A stretch of DNA of 64,000 nt from an uncultured virus (IMG/VR IMGVR_UViG_3300000558_000068) (lineage: Duplodnaviria > Heunggongvirae > Uroviricota > Caudoviricetes): positions 1 to 64,000 of IMG/VR virus record IMGVR_UViG_3300000558_000068; one strand, written 5' to 3'. This document shows positions 20,148 through 31,016 of the stretch, in pieces. The notes under the pieces are model-generated. The model was not told the origin of the DNA. It saw only the letters and a program-made list of their open reading frames with translations, and ran no database searches. Each line of letters starts with the position of its first letter. Position 1 is the first letter of the stretch. A program made the position numbers and the translations under genes.

Positions 20148-21083
20148 TTATAATCTTAATTTGTCTTGGTTATTTAAATAATATTCGATGGTATAATCTA
20201 ATCCTTTTTCAAGAGAAGTAAATTCAAAATCGGGAAATAATCCGGCAAATCGTGTGGCATCTGTTATTTTTTGATACTGACCATCTGGATACGATATGTC
20301 ATATTTAATAGATTCAACATTAAATTTATTTGCTATAATTTGTGCCACATCTTTAATTCTGTAATTTTCCTTCGGAGCAACAATTATTTTATCGAAAGGC
20401 GACTGAAAATTGTCAATAATCATTCTATATACTAATTTGGCAATATCTCCAGCGTATACAAATTCTCGTATTGGCTCGCCAGTTCCCCATACAATAAAAT
20501 TTTTATCTTGTGTTTTAGCGGTGTGGGCCTTTCTAATTAATGCCGGAATAAAATGTGATGTTTCTAAATTATAATTATCCTGTTTTCCGTATAAATTTGT
20601 TGGTATTAAACTGAACCAATTCGGAACGTTATATTGTTCTTTATATGCATTAATTCCAATATCAATCATTCGTTTGGCGTAAGCATAGGCATTGTTACTG
20701 AAATGGGGTTCGCCATCATGTATAATATTTTCCGATAACGGTGTTGTGCTTGCATATTTTTCCGGAAAGATACAAGTACTCATAAAAGCAATCAAATTGG
20801 GAACTTTAGCCAAATAACAAGCCTCAAGAATATTAATTTCCATCATTAAGTTTTGATGAAAGAATTCGGCTTTTTTTGTCATATTAGCTTTTAGCCCACC
20901 AACCAATCCAGCACAATGTATTACCCATTTTGGCTTAACATCACAAAAAAACTCGATTGCCGCCTTTCTATCAGTTAGATCAACATCATTTCTACTTAAT
21001 TGTTTTCCGAACGTCATTTCAGATCCAACTAAGCCACGGCCACCAGTTATAATAATTTCGTCAGATAAATGTGTAAATTTCAT
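20148..21083 (-). CDS. fcl: GDP-L-fucose synthase
   Basis: TGGRGLVG, AGLVGG, STCIFP, YAYAK, PTNLYG, WGTG..REF. Confidence 0.93.
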   Translation of the reverse strand: MKFTHLSDEIIITGGRGLVGSEMTFGKQLSRNDVDLTDRKAAIEFFCDVKPKWVIHCAGLVGGLKANMTKKAEFFHQNLMMEINILEACYLAKVPNLIAFMSTCIFPEKYASTTPLSENIIHDGEPHFSNNAYAYAKRMIDIGINAYKEQYNVPNWFSLIPTNLYGKQDNYNLETSHFIPALIRKAHTAKTQDKNFIVWGTGEPIREFVYAGDIAKLVYRMIIDNFQSPFDKIIVAPKENYRIKDVAQIIANKFNVESIKYDISYPDGQYQKITDATRFAGLFPDFEFTSLEKGLDYTIEYYLNNQDKLRL

Positions 21084-22315
21084 TATTTGTTATTTTTTTT
21101 TTCACAATAATACCATGTTCTTGGACTAGGATATGAATCAAATATTTTAAAAGAAAATCCAAGTGATGTTAAATGGTTTTCAAATTCATTAGTATTATAC
21201 CAATTATTAGGAATTGCTTTAATGTGTGCACAATTATGTGGAATAAATTCTATCAGCATCCACTCTCTGGCATATGAAGATATTATGTCCAATATTTTAG
21301 TTATTGAATTGTTTTGTTTATATAAATGATGAATTAATGCTGGAGCTATAACCCCATCACTTTGATATCGTTGGTAAACTGTTTCAAAAGCGTCATTAAT
21401 TCCATAAGCTTTTGGTGGGTTTAATATGTCATAATAAACAAAAGATGATGTGAAACCATTTTCTCGACTATATTTGTTGGCAAAATCAATTGAAGCTGTG
21501 CAATAATCAACACCAATTGTATTTGTGCCGTATATTCGATTTGCATAGAATGAAAATATTCCCCCGTTACACCCCAAATCCGTCATAGTCTTAGGTTTCT
21601 TATTGTCGATTATGTCACAAATAACTTTACTTTTTTCATTGAATAAATTTTTAACCGTTAATATATCATTTGGAATTTTTATACTATAATTTGACCAATT
21701 ATCGAATTTATTTGTTAGTTTACAATTTTTTAATTCATTTTTTGCTGCTTTAAACTTATCAATTAATGTCATTCCATTATTAAGTATCACATCAAACTTA
21801 TCTCCTATTTCATTAATATTACCAATTAAATTATCAAGAACATCAAGAGGTGTCGTAAACACACAACGAATTGATGATCTTATTTCGGCAGGATTGGGGT
21901 TTCTTTGACTAAAATCGCCGATATCTATTAATATCGGCTTACCGTTTTTTAACACAATATTCGACATATTCGTATTACACCACATTGAGTTTTCTAAACA
22001 ATAAATAAAAATGTCAAATAATAGATTTGTACTATCAATTATTTGCTGTGGAGTAAATTCAGTGGCTCTTGTTATGTGCTGAATATATTCGATTTCGTAA
22101 GCATAAATTTGTCGTGTTTTATTTAAAATTGGAGCGTCTTCTGGTAATTTATCCACTTTTGTCACCCCAATCCAATAATCATCGATTTTGTTTTGGAAAA
22201 ATTCTGTATTTAAAATTTTATCAAAAGAATCATTGGGGAAATATCGATATGCCTTATCATCTCCAGTTTCAACCCACCCAAAAGTAGTACATAAACAAGC
22301 AGGATGCCTTTTCAT
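21083..22315 (-). CDS. SAM-dependent methyltransferase
   Basis: DLGCNGG motif I, ALIHH, IEFIP. Confidence 0.75.
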   Translation of the reverse strand: MKRHPACLCTTFGWVETGDDKAYRYFPNDSFDKILNTEFFQNKIDDYWIGVTKVDKLPEDAPILNKTRQIYAYEIEYIQHITRATEFTPQQIIDSTNLLFDIFIYCLENSMWCNTNMSNIVLKNGKPILIDIGDFSQRNPNPAEIRSSIRCVFTTPLDVLDNLIGNINEIGDKFDVILNNGMTLIDKFKAAKNELKNCKLTNKFDNWSNYSIKIPNDILTVKNLFNEKSKVICDIIDNKKPKTMTDLGCNGGIFSFYANRIYGTNTIGVDYCTASIDFANKYSRENGFTSSFVYYDILNPPKAYGINDAFETVYQRYQSDGVIAPALIHHLYKQNNSITKILDIISSYAREWMLIEFIPHNCAHIKAIPNNWYNTNEFENHLTSLGFSFKIFDSYPSPRTWYYCEKKNNK

Positions 22316-22326
22316 TATTTAATCAA

Positions 22327-23049
22327 TTAAAATTTGTCTCTATCTTCATCGTAAATAGTAACATCCCACCAATCAAATCTTTGCTGACGATATTTTTTGG
22401 TAGCATCTTGATCTATTGGTAGTGATGGTTTTGAACAATATGCGTTGTTCGCGTGAAAAAAGTCAAAACGATACCCTAAATCTTTCAATAGCTCTTTTTT
22501 TGGACCCCATTCATATCCAACTTCAATACAAATAACATCTGGGATTACTTCGCAATTTTTCATATTTTCTAATACATATTTTTCGCACCCCTCAATATCA
22601 AGAATTAATACATCAATTTGTGTTAAGTTTTGGTTTGAAATTAATCGTTTCCAAGATATTGCTGGAATTTTTTCTTCGACAAAAGTTGAATGTCGCAATT
22701 GAATTAATTCTTGTTTATGTTTTTCTGAATGCTCGAGTGAACTGTTTCCGGGCTGAGATGTTACAATAAAGGTTAAATCGCAATCATCTTTATCACACAA
22801 CGCATAATGTAAATTAATTGCATTCGGACGATATTTAATTAATTCATTATAAAGACTAGTTTGAGCTTCAATATTAACTCCTTTCCATCCCATTTGTTCC
22901 AATCCTAAACTGTCACTTCCATTTAGTCCATTATTTGCTCCACATTCCACAAAGAATCCACTATTTTTCCCTGAAAAATATGTGTTTTTAATTACTTCAG
23001 ACGGTGATCCCATAATTTTTATTTTTTTAATTTTTGTAATAATGAACAA
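22327..23049 (-). CDS. FkbM-family methyltransferase
   Basis: FVECGANNG, WKGVNIEA, LDIEGCE; start probably ATG 23013. Confidence 0.85.
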   Translation of the reverse strand: MFIITKIKKIKIMGSPSEVIKNTYFSGKNSGFFVECGANNGLNGSDSLGLEQMGWKGVNIEAQTSLYNELIKYRPNAINLHYALCDKDDCDLTFIVTSQPGNSSLEHSEKHKQELIQLRHSTFVEEKIPAISWKRLISNQNLTQIDVLILDIEGCEKYVLENMKNCEVIPDVICIEVGYEWGPKKELLKDLGYRFDFFHANNAYCSKPSLPIDQDATKKYRQQRFDWWDVTIYDEDRDKF

Positions 23050-24113
23050 ATGTGTGTTATTTGTTCATCGGATAATACTGGTGATGACGGCAACGAAATC
23101 ACGCAATTACTTAAATGCTCGGCAACATTTAATTTATGTTCATCATAAAGTTTTAATAAACTAGATGCCACAAAGCCCGGGCGTGTTTCAATACCTTGAT
23201 ATTTTAATTCTTGTATTACTTGGTCTCTTCCCTGTGGATATGCACTATTATCCAATTGTATCGCTGTTGCCCAAACTACAGGATCCACATTTGAATTAAA
23301 ACTTTGAAGTTTTACTCCACTATTTTGAGCTAGATTTTGTTTATATTTGTTGTATAGATTTTTGCGAGCATCAATGATGTTGTCTTTTTTTTCAAACTGA
23401 GCGAAACCTAAGGCTGCCTGTAAATTAGTTAATCTGAAATTGTGGCCCGGCACTTCGTGCCAATATTTTCCTCTTTCAATTAATCCGTGACTACGATATA
23501 AAATCATTCTTTTGTAAGCGTCATCATCGTCCGTCATGACCATCCCCCCTTCTCCAGTTGTAATTGTTTTTGTTGCTTGAAAACTAAAACTATTTATTTT
23601 ACCAAATGTTCCGGAATATCTATTATTAATTTTTGAAAAAAGCGATTCGGCACAATCTTCAATTATTGGTATATTAAATTGTTCGCTAATATTAATTATT
23701 TTCTGCATTTCGCATACGTTACCATACGTATGTATTGGAACAATAGCTTTAGTGCGTTTAGTGATTTTTTTGTATATATCTTCATCAGTGACACACCACG
23801 TATCTGGATCAACATCAACAAAAACTGGTTTAATGTTCATTTGTGTTGCAATATTTGCCGCGGCTAAAAACGCAAATCCGGGAACGATGATTTCGTCCCC
23901 GGGTTTCAATCCGAGAGCCAAATAAATTAAATGTAGTGATGTCGTCCCGTTTGATGTGGTTAAAGCGTATTTTTTATTATATAATTCAGCAAAACTATTT
24001 TCTAGATTATTTATATATTCACCCCCGGAAATCCATAAGGAATCCAAAACATTATTAACATATTTTTTTTCATTTCCCCAAAATGATGGGGATGCCCACG
24101 ATATTTTATCCAT
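23019..24113 (-). CDS. DegT/DnrJ/perosamine-synthase-like sugar aminotransferase
   Basis: SNGTTSLH, IEDCAE, FSFQATKTITTGEGG, GHNFR. Confidence 0.92.
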   Translation of the reverse strand: MDKISWASPSFWGNEKKYVNNVLDSLWISGGEYINNLENSFAELYNKKYALTTSNGTTSLHLIYLALGLKPGDEIIVPGFAFLAAANIATQMNIKPVFVDVDPDTWCVTDEDIYKKITKRTKAIVPIHTYGNVCEMQKIINISEQFNIPIIEDCAESLFSKINNRYSGTFGKINSFSFQATKTITTGEGGMVMTDDDDAYKRMILYRSHGLIERGKYWHEVPGHNFRLTNLQAALGFAQFEKKDNIIDARKNLYNKYKQNLAQNSGVKLQSFNSNVDPVVWATAIQLDNSAYPQGRDQVIQELKYQGIETRPGFVASSLLKLYDEHKLNVAEHLSNCVISLPSSPVLSDEQITHICSLLQKLKK

Positions 24114-24114
24114 T

Positions 24115-24915
24115 TTATTTATAGTCTAAATTTTTAAATTTTATATCTGGATTCATTATGTGTACACATGCTGGTAAATTATTTTGCCCATGTAAAAGAT
24201 AATAACATTTAGACATTAGTAAAGTTTCTAATAAAACTTCTTTTCCATGTTTTGTTCTATCGTTAGCTATATAATGAGCGCCTCGATTATTATCCGACCT
24301 AATCGTTGCACAGCTAATAATGTTTGAGTATCGTTTATTAAACGCATCAAAAATAATATTACTATCTGTTGCCAAATATATATAATCATAATCTAATGTA
24401 TCGATTTCGTCAAAATATTCAATAACCGATGCCTTATTAAAACGCTCTGATATTTGTTTTAAACGAATAAACTCATCATATATATCAGTTGACCTGTAAT
24501 GAACTCCAAGAATCTTTTTATTATCAAAATATTGTTTATAAAACGTGTCCAAATCATTTATAATATCCGGTAAGAATCCAATTCTATCAATATAAAATTT
24601 ATGCCATAACTTTTTATTGTGGATATTATTAAATACATTTAGATTATATGTGTAATCGTTACATTGAACACCATAATCAATTTTATTTAAATTGTTAATG
24701 GGTAAAAAATAATTATCCCATAAATTATCTTCCGGCTTCTTAGTATATAAAGAATTTGTGATAGTAACGGACAAATCAAATTTGGCGTGATTAAATCCCA
24801 TTCCTATTACTTGCCACAATAATGATCCAAGACCTCGGCATCCAGCCGTAATTTTAATATCATATGTTTCATTCATTTTATAATGTCTTATGTTTTCGTT
24901 GAATAAATTTACCAT
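24115..24915 (-). CDS. NodZ/GT23-like fucosyltransferase
   Basis: LGVHYRSTD, IYLATD, ETLLMSKC. Confidence 0.72.
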   Translation of the reverse strand: MVNLFNENIRHYKMNETYDIKITAGCRGLGSLLWQVIGMGFNHAKFDLSVTITNSLYTKKPEDNLWDNYFLPINNLNKIDYGVQCNDYTYNLNVFNNIHNKKLWHKFYIDRIGFLPDIINDLDTFYKQYFDNKKILGVHYRSTDIYDEFIRLKQISERFNKASVIEYFDEIDTLDYDYIYLATDSNIIFDAFNKRYSNIISCATIRSDNNRGAHYIANDRTKHGKEVLLETLLMSKCYYLLHGQNNLPACVHIMNPDIKFKNLDYK

Positions 24916-25186
24916 TATCTAAATCTTCCCCGGACATCTTAGCGTTAATAATGTCAATTACCAATCCGTCAATTTCATCAATTAGTTGATTTCTTTGTAC
25001 ATTTAAATCACACGTTTTTTTTAATGAATCCCATAAGATATTAGCGCCATTATCGTCTATAAAATATTTTTCTTTAAAATCACTAAATGTCATTTTACGA
25101 ATTTGATATAAAAATTCTTGACTATTCCATAATTTCATATCGACTGTAAATAGTTTGTCAATTATGCTACCCACTGTATCTGCCAT
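24878..25186 (-). CDS. Small helical protein (DUF4254-like)
   Basis: TVGSIIDKL, LNVQRNQLIDEID. Confidence 0.55.
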   Translation of the reverse strand: MADTVGSIIDKLFTVDMKLWNSQEFLYQIRKMTFSDFKEKYFIDDNGANILWDSLKKTCDLNVQRNQLIDEIDGLVIDIINAKMSGEDLDNGKFIQRKHKTL

Positions 25187-25188
25187 AA

Positions 25189-25629
25189 TTATAAATTTTT
25201 AAATCCGATTAGTTGGGTGTTATCATGTTCGGTTAAATCATATCCCAATTTTTTATATGTGTTAATTGCTTTTATATTATTTTTATATACAACTAAACGT
25301 ATTTTTTTTACCCCTCTGATTTTACATTCGGATTCCAAATAAATCATAAACATTTTTGATATTCCAGTTCCTCTATATTCCGAATCTATCATAATACCTA
25401 AACTAGGAATTTCGAACCCCCCATCCCAACCACGTAATAATCCATATCCAATAACTTTATTATCGTGGATAATAATTTTATATTGATCATTATTTTTTCG
25501 TTGTATTATCGATTTTACCGCTTCATAATTAAATGCGTGGGGGTGGAAAAAAGATATGTCTGTTTTGTTTCGCTCAATAAACTCCAAAAACATTGGGATT
25601 CGCGGTATTGTTAGATTAAGAATTTCCAT
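25189..25629 (-). CDS. GNAT acetyltransferase
   Basis: YRGTGI, N.KAINTYKKLGY. Confidence 0.88.
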   Translation of the reverse strand: MEILNLTIPRIPMFLEFIERNKTDISFFHPHAFNYEAVKSIIQRKNNDQYKIIIHDNKVIGYGLLRGWDGGFEIPSLGIMIDSEYRGTGISKMFMIYLESECKIRGVKKIRLVVYKNNIKAINTYKKLGYDLTEHDNTQLIGFKNL

Positions 25630-26485
25630 AGCTTAAAACAATTATATTATTTATATCGTTAGTTAGTTCGTTAATATTATATTTGTTAATCCAATAGATT
25701 TTCTTGTTTGGATTTAAGAACTCTTCGATGCCAAAATTGGGATTAATATTACAGATACCAACCCAAATTTGTTTAGAATCAGAAATTAAATTATCTTTAG
25801 TTAAACCAAAACTGAAAGTACCAGAGCATCTACCAATAATTATATCGCAAAATGACATTAAATATGAGTTTTCACACAAATCATTATTATCTGATTTAAT
25901 AATATCAGAACTATAAATAACATTGTCACGAATAATTCCATATCCATTACTAATAATAAACAAATGCTGTGGGAAACGTGAGCTTAAATCATTAATTATT
26001 GGGTTAAAATCAAAATTAACACTTTGCCCGCTTTGTACTCCGCCATTGGAAATATAAATTTTTATTTGTTTGTTATTAAGTACAAATTGATCGATATTAC
26101 TAACATTAAATTTTGAAAAATCAAATGACGGTATATAGTAATTCATCGGCTCAATAGGAATTCCCAAATATTGATATACTATTTTAAAATTCTCATATAA
26201 TGTAATTAAAGTGCATCCGTATTTAAAATTTGGTAAATTTGGATTATACCATGTGTTGACATAAATGATATCATTTACCTCATAAATTATTTTAGTATTG
26301 TCGTAATTATATAAATTAAAATCTAAACGTTTATAGGCAACATCGATATCTAATGTTAACTTTGGTCCATTGTTGTGGTGGTACTCCAAATCATTATTAA
26401 CTTTATTTCGAATATCCTTAATAAATTCCCTAGAAACATGAATATCTCCATTATGAAATGTATTAAAAAACACTATTGATTTCAT
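25616..26485 (-). CDS. Hypothetical, glycosyltransferase-like
   Basis: HNGDIH, CDIIIGRCSG; lies within glycan cluster. Confidence 0.5.
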   Translation of the reverse strand: MKSIVFFNTFHNGDIHVSREFIKDIRNKVNNDLEYHHNNGPKLTLDIDVAYKRLDFNLYNYDNTKIIYEVNDIIYVNTWYNPNLPNFKYGCTLITLYENFKIVYQYLGIPIEPMNYYIPSFDFSKFNVSNIDQFVLNNKQIKIYISNGGVQSGQSVNFDFNPIINDLSSRFPQHLFIISNGYGIIRDNVIYSSDIIKSDNNDLCENSYLMSFCDIIIGRCSGTFSFGLTKDNLISDSKQIWVGICNINPNFGIEEFLNPNKKIYWINKYNINELTNDINNIIVLSYGNS

Positions 26486-26487
26486 TG

Positions 26488-27708
26488 TTATCCAATTATT
26501 TCAAATTTAGGACAAGGGATGATAAATTTTCCACCATTTTTAAGATAATCAGATTCACGTTCTTTAAATTCATTAACAAAATGCCACGGTAAAATTAAAA
26601 GATAATCGGGTTTTGCTTTTCTCATATCTTCTTCCGAACAAATTGGAATATTACTACCAATGGTTCGGTATCCATATTTGTATTCACTTCGTTCGGCAAT
26701 CGCATCAATATGTGTGTTGTTTAATCCATACCACTGAAGTAATGTGTTACCTTTCGTACTCGCGCCATACCCAAAAATGGTTTTTCCTTTAGCCTTTTCT
26801 TGAAGGATAAAATCGACAGTTTCTTTTTTTAACCAACATATTTTATCGTAAAAATTAATATATGTCTGTGGGTTGTTGAGTTGTAGTGATTCTTCATAAG
26901 CCAGTAACGATTCTATTCTAAAATTAGCAACATCTCTATATTGAGCAGTTTTGAAATTTTTAGGCTCAGCGTTTGTTTTACGAATATATGCTCTAAAACT
27001 TCCGCCATTAACATCATTTAATTCAACATCAACAACATTTAATTGTTTCTGATTCAACAATTTTTTCAATGATGTTAACGTATAATAATAAACATGCTCA
27101 TGGCATAAATTATCATAAGCCAATTGCTGTAACATAAGCGGGGTATAACTTAATTGTAAAACCAAAATACCCTCATCGTCCATAATTTCCTGAACTTCAT
27201 CTAGAAATTGTAATGGATTTTCGATATCATAAAACATTGCAATTATGGTTATGAATTTTGCCTTACGTTCATTTAAATACTTTTTATATACCGCAGCGCC
27301 GAAATAATCTTGAATGATTAAATCAGATACTTTTTCAGCTTCAATTTTAAACGAATCTTCCGCTGGGTCAATACCAACTCTATAAAATGTGTCAGGAACA
27401 TTACTTAATAGTTGACCATCATTCGAAGCTATATCTAGGAAGACATCGTTTTGCTGATATGGAATTGTTGTTAAAACCGAATCAACAATTCCTTTTAATT
27501 CATTTCTCATTGTTGTATTAATACCGGAACGATACCAATATTTACCCCACATCATATCTTTTGGGGGAATATTTTTAAGACGTAAAAGACCGGATTCTTT
27601 ATCTAACATTAAAGTTATATCATATTTTTTACGTTCATTAATGTCGTCTTTTGATAAAAAATCAGACACATATAAATCCCCAAGCGAAAAAAGTTCAATT
27701 AATTCCAT
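26488..27708 (-). CDS. NDP-sugar C-methyltransferase
   Basis: DIASNDG, HEHVYYY, GGSFR, YGASTKGN, PDYLLILPWHF. Confidence 0.88.
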   Translation of the reverse strand: MELIELFSLGDLYVSDFLSKDDINERKKYDITLMLDKESGLLRLKNIPPKDMMWGKYWYRSGINTTMRNELKGIVDSVLTTIPYQQNDVFLDIASNDGQLLSNVPDTFYRVGIDPAEDSFKIEAEKVSDLIIQDYFGAAVYKKYLNERKAKFITIIAMFYDIENPLQFLDEVQEIMDDEGILVLQLSYTPLMLQQLAYDNLCHEHVYYYTLTSLKKLLNQKQLNVVDVELNDVNGGSFRAYIRKTNAEPKNFKTAQYRDVANFRIESLLAYEESLQLNNPQTYINFYDKICWLKKETVDFILQEKAKGKTIFGYGASTKGNTLLQWYGLNNTHIDAIAERSEYKYGYRTIGSNIPICSEEDMRKAKPDYLLILPWHFVNEFKERESDYLKNGGKFIIPCPKFEIIG

Positions 27709-27752
27709 TTTTTATTATCATTTACTATATAATAATCAAATTACTTATATTG

Positions 27753-28484
27753 TCAAGGTTTGATTTTATTTTCATATTCGGTTATTTTATTTTTACCAAT
27801 TAATACTTCGCCTTCTAAAATATTAGCTTTATTATTGATTGAATATTTTGGATGCCCGCCCGCGTTCTTAATTTTCATATCGGAAAGTAATATAGATTTG
27901 TCTCCATAAACATTTTGAATCCAGTTATCTGAATGCCAGTTTGTAAATACCGATGGATAATAGTACCCAAAAATTTTCATATGATGTCTATTAACAAAAG
28001 ATTGTGTTATTAAATTTCCGGGTCGGCTTGGATTTATATCTAATCCGCCAGCCATTCCAATATTATTAGTTGGTAACGTTTCAATAAATTTTGTAATCCA
28101 GCCACTAGTTAAAAATTGTATGTCGTCACCTAATTGATAAAAATAATCAAAATTATCATTAAAAGCCATATCGTGTAATGTGTTCCATACTCTAACTGGA
28201 TTATGATTTGTTCCTATACATTTAATTTGTTGTAACGTTAAATTAGTATCTCCGGTATTGTATTTAAACTCATTCTGAATAGTTCCTAATTGATTAAGAT
28301 TATTATATACACCATCATTATCATCAAACCCCAAATAAAGAGTTATACTATGTTGTAATTTTTCTTCTGTTGTAATGGAAGATAACAATGTGGGAAGCAT
28401 CCATTTAAATATTGGTAAATCTTGAATCGAACCAAATGGTAGATTTCGTGATGTTGTTGGTATTAATAATGCAATTTTTGTCAT
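27753..28484 (-). CDS. Glycosyltransferase (GT-A)
   Basis: ALLIPT, YQLGDD, NWHSDNWI. Confidence 0.65.
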   Translation of the reverse strand: MTKIALLIPTTSRNLPFGSIQDLPIFKWMLPTLLSSITTEEKLQHSITLYLGFDDNDGVYNNLNQLGTIQNEFKYNTGDTNLTLQQIKCIGTNHNPVRVWNTLHDMAFNDNFDYFYQLGDDIQFLTSGWITKFIETLPTNNIGMAGGLDINPSRPGNLITQSFVNRHHMKIFGYYYPSVFTNWHSDNWIQNVYGDKSILLSDMKIKNAGGHPKYSINNKANILEGEVLIGKNKITEYENKIKP

Positions 28485-29371
28485 TTTAAAACATTCGATT
28501 TTAAAAAGTTTATTATGTTATTCATGTTAAGTGGTGACGTATCGTAATTAGGTACAAACATCTCCGATAAATATTGATTGTAAATAGTGTCATTATTATC
28601 AATTTCAATTATTTTTTCTACCATTTTATCAACATTGTTATAGTCGTGATAATTAACAATTGCCTTTGTGTTAAAATCTGTACCAATTGTAGGATTCCCC
28701 CAATAAATAGGAATACTATCAGCTATCATTGGCTCAAATATTTTTTCAGTGGTATACCCATAAATTCCTTGGCATGAGTTGCTATTTTCCATTGCAATTG
28801 TAAATTTATAGTCTTGCAGAAATGGTATTTTGCTTCCATAATATTTTCCTCCCATATTGTTTAAACAGCCTCCAGCGGCATCTACGTGTTTGTATTGGGA
28901 TAATCGGTGAAAAAACTCTTGTCTAAATTTTGTTCCTTCTCGATTTGGATCACAATTACTATAAAGAAAGTTACAAAATTTTGTTTTAGGTTTAATCTTG
29001 CTAAGATCTCTTGGTTTGGAAAATTGGTCATACGACAAAAAAAATAGTTTGGCTGATATGTAATTACGGGCATATTTGACATATAATGGTAATCGGTAAT
29101 GTCTTGAATCATTGATATAATACCCACTTAAAGCAAAATGACATTGGTTAAAATTGGGTAATGACCAGTTTTCCCCGCTAAACCATATTTTAATTGGCCT
29201 AGTATATCTTACATGATTGTTACTAAATACAGAATAAAATAAAATATCAGGATCATTATTATCGATTACTGGTGAATATCCACATTGTACAATCACATCA
29301 TAAAATATACTATGACGCAATTGAAACCCCGGCCAAAAATCACACGCCCCTATTTTTATTGTTTTGTTCAT
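28481..29371 (-). CDS. GT10 alpha-1,3-fucosyltransferase
   Basis: KTKFC.F.YSN, YKFTIAMENS...YTTEKI...IPIYWG. Confidence 0.92.
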   Translation of the reverse strand: MNKTIKIGACDFWPGFQLRHSIFYDVIVQCGYSPVIDNNDPDILFYSVFSNNHVRYTRPIKIWFSGENWSLPNFNQCHFALSGYYINDSRHYRLPLYVKYARNYISAKLFFLSYDQFSKPRDLSKIKPKTKFCNFLYSNCDPNREGTKFRQEFFHRLSQYKHVDAAGGCLNNMGGKYYGSKIPFLQDYKFTIAMENSNSCQGIYGYTTEKIFEPMIADSIPIYWGNPTIGTDFNTKAIVNYHDYNNVDKMVEKIIEIDNNDTIYNQYLSEMFVPNYDTSPLNMNNIINFLKSNVLK

Positions 29372-30141
29372 AATAAATAATCGGGGCGTTCTTTTATTTT
29401 TTCATTATTAATTTGTGGATGCCAAAGATGTATGGAATATGCTTTACCATTTGACACAACTGGAACATTAAATTTTTGAACGATTTTTTCACATAACACT
29501 TCTTCGCCGCCATATTTTTCAAATTCAGGAAAACCGTCAACTTCTTCGAAATGATCACGCATAATTGACATATTACAGCTCCAAGGATGCTTCGGTGAAA
29601 ATTGTTTATTATAATCATACACACTACCGTCTGGGTGTGGATCTGGATGTAACCATTCTTTATCTGATAACAAGCGCACTAAGTCTTTATAATTATTAAG
29701 TAAACGTGTTTTAATAACTTCATTTTTAATTTTAATGTTTAATGGCTCTAGGTGTGGAGCAATTTGTTCATCGCTTATCTCACATGGACCAAATATTATA
29801 TTACTTTCCCAAATGGGGTTACAATAAGAATCAATAAATGTACTAGCGAAAATAACATCGCCATTGGATAAAACCAGTCTATCCCCTTGTGCTATTTGAA
29901 CTGCTGTGTTTTTATTTGTACATGTTGTGAATTTACCGGGGATAGATTTTTTGTTTAGTGATATTCTTACCGATGGGAAATTTTGTTTAACCATTTCAAT
30001 TGTTCCATCAGTCGAATTATCATCAGCCAAAATAATTTCATAATCATTACCTTCAGATAGTTTTTGGGAAACCGCACTTTGTAACGAATAGAATAGTCGA
30101 TTTTTCTGATTGAATGATGTTATAATAAAGCTTATCTTCAT
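29368..30141 (-). CDS. GT2 glycosyltransferase
   Basis: ADDNSTDGT, WSCNMS, YGGEE, HLWH. Confidence 0.85.
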   Translation of the reverse strand: MKISFIITSFNQKNRLFYSLQSAVSQKLSEGNDYEIILADDNSTDGTIEMVKQNFPSVRISLNKKSIPGKFTTCTNKNTAVQIAQGDRLVLSNGDVIFASTFIDSYCNPIWESNIIFGPCEISDEQIAPHLEPLNIKIKNEVIKTRLLNNYKDLVRLLSDKEWLHPDPHPDGSVYDYNKQFSPKHPWSCNMSIMRDHFEEVDGFPEFEKYGGEEVLCEKIVQKFNVPVVSNGKAYSIHLWHPQINNEKIKERPDYLL

Positions 30142-31016
30142 GTTACATTTATATTAAAAATTTGTTTTGCTAGGGTATCTTCGGTATTATTTATTTTCCC
30201 AAACATAACATTATTGTGACTTTTTCGTTTTAATAAAATATCATTAAAATAACGCCCCCATCTATTTTGTAGTTCTGGATACGAGTCCCATAATTTGTTA
30301 ACATAACGATTTTCCATATCATCTTGATGTGACGCATAACCATGATAAATATGTACGATATGCCCCGGATAATAATTTAACACTTTACCATCTGAATATG
30401 TCATAAAAATAGACGTATAGTGATTGTCCCATCTAGGCTTACCTAACAAATATTTTGGGAATCTATGTTTATTATGTTGCCACCATGCCGGTTTAAATGC
30501 ATATGTGTCAAACCCCGCAATCTCAATTTTAAACGGAATAAGCGCATCTGTTAATGAATTAATACTTTGTATCTCTAGTCTACTAACGGAATATGATTCT
30601 TTTTTTGTTGTTAATATTTCATTAATTAGACGATTACTTATCATAATATCACTGTTGGTAAAAATAACATAATCATATTCAATTAAACACCCTAAAGAAT
30701 CGAACAATTCATTCATTAATGGTAATACTTTAGATGATAATGGTACAGACATATCAATATCATCACAATTTACACAATTCGGAGAATATCCGCTAGCTTG
30801 AATGATTTCATTACGAATTGTTATGTTATTATTTTTTAGTACATTTAAAGTGGTGAAGCCGTCAATATTTATTGTATTATTCTCAAATTGAATGTTAAAT
30901 AAATCAATATCAACATTTACATCTTTTACCTTTTCTTTTAATTTTTTTAAAGATTCGATAGCTAAGGTTTGCCTATTATAATGTCCGAAAATATTAGTTC
31001 CGATGGCGATTTTCAT
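30138..31016 (-). CDS. Glycosyltransferase-like protein
   Basis: FTNSDI, GFD.YAF, LGKPRWDN, H.YH. Confidence 0.6.
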   Translation of the reverse strand: MKIAIGTNIFGHYNRQTLAIESLKKLKEKVKDVNVDIDLFNIQFENNTINIDGFTTLNVLKNNNITIRNEIIQASGYSPNCVNCDDIDMSVPLSSKVLPLMNELFDSLGCLIEYDYVIFTNSDIMISNRLINEILTTKKESYSVSRLEIQSINSLTDALIPFKIEIAGFDTYAFKPAWWQHNKHRFPKYLLGKPRWDNHYTSIFMTYSDGKVLNYYPGHIVHIYHGYASHQDDMENRYVNKLWDSYPELQNRWGRYFNDILLKRKSHNNVMFGKINNTEDTLAKQIFNINVT

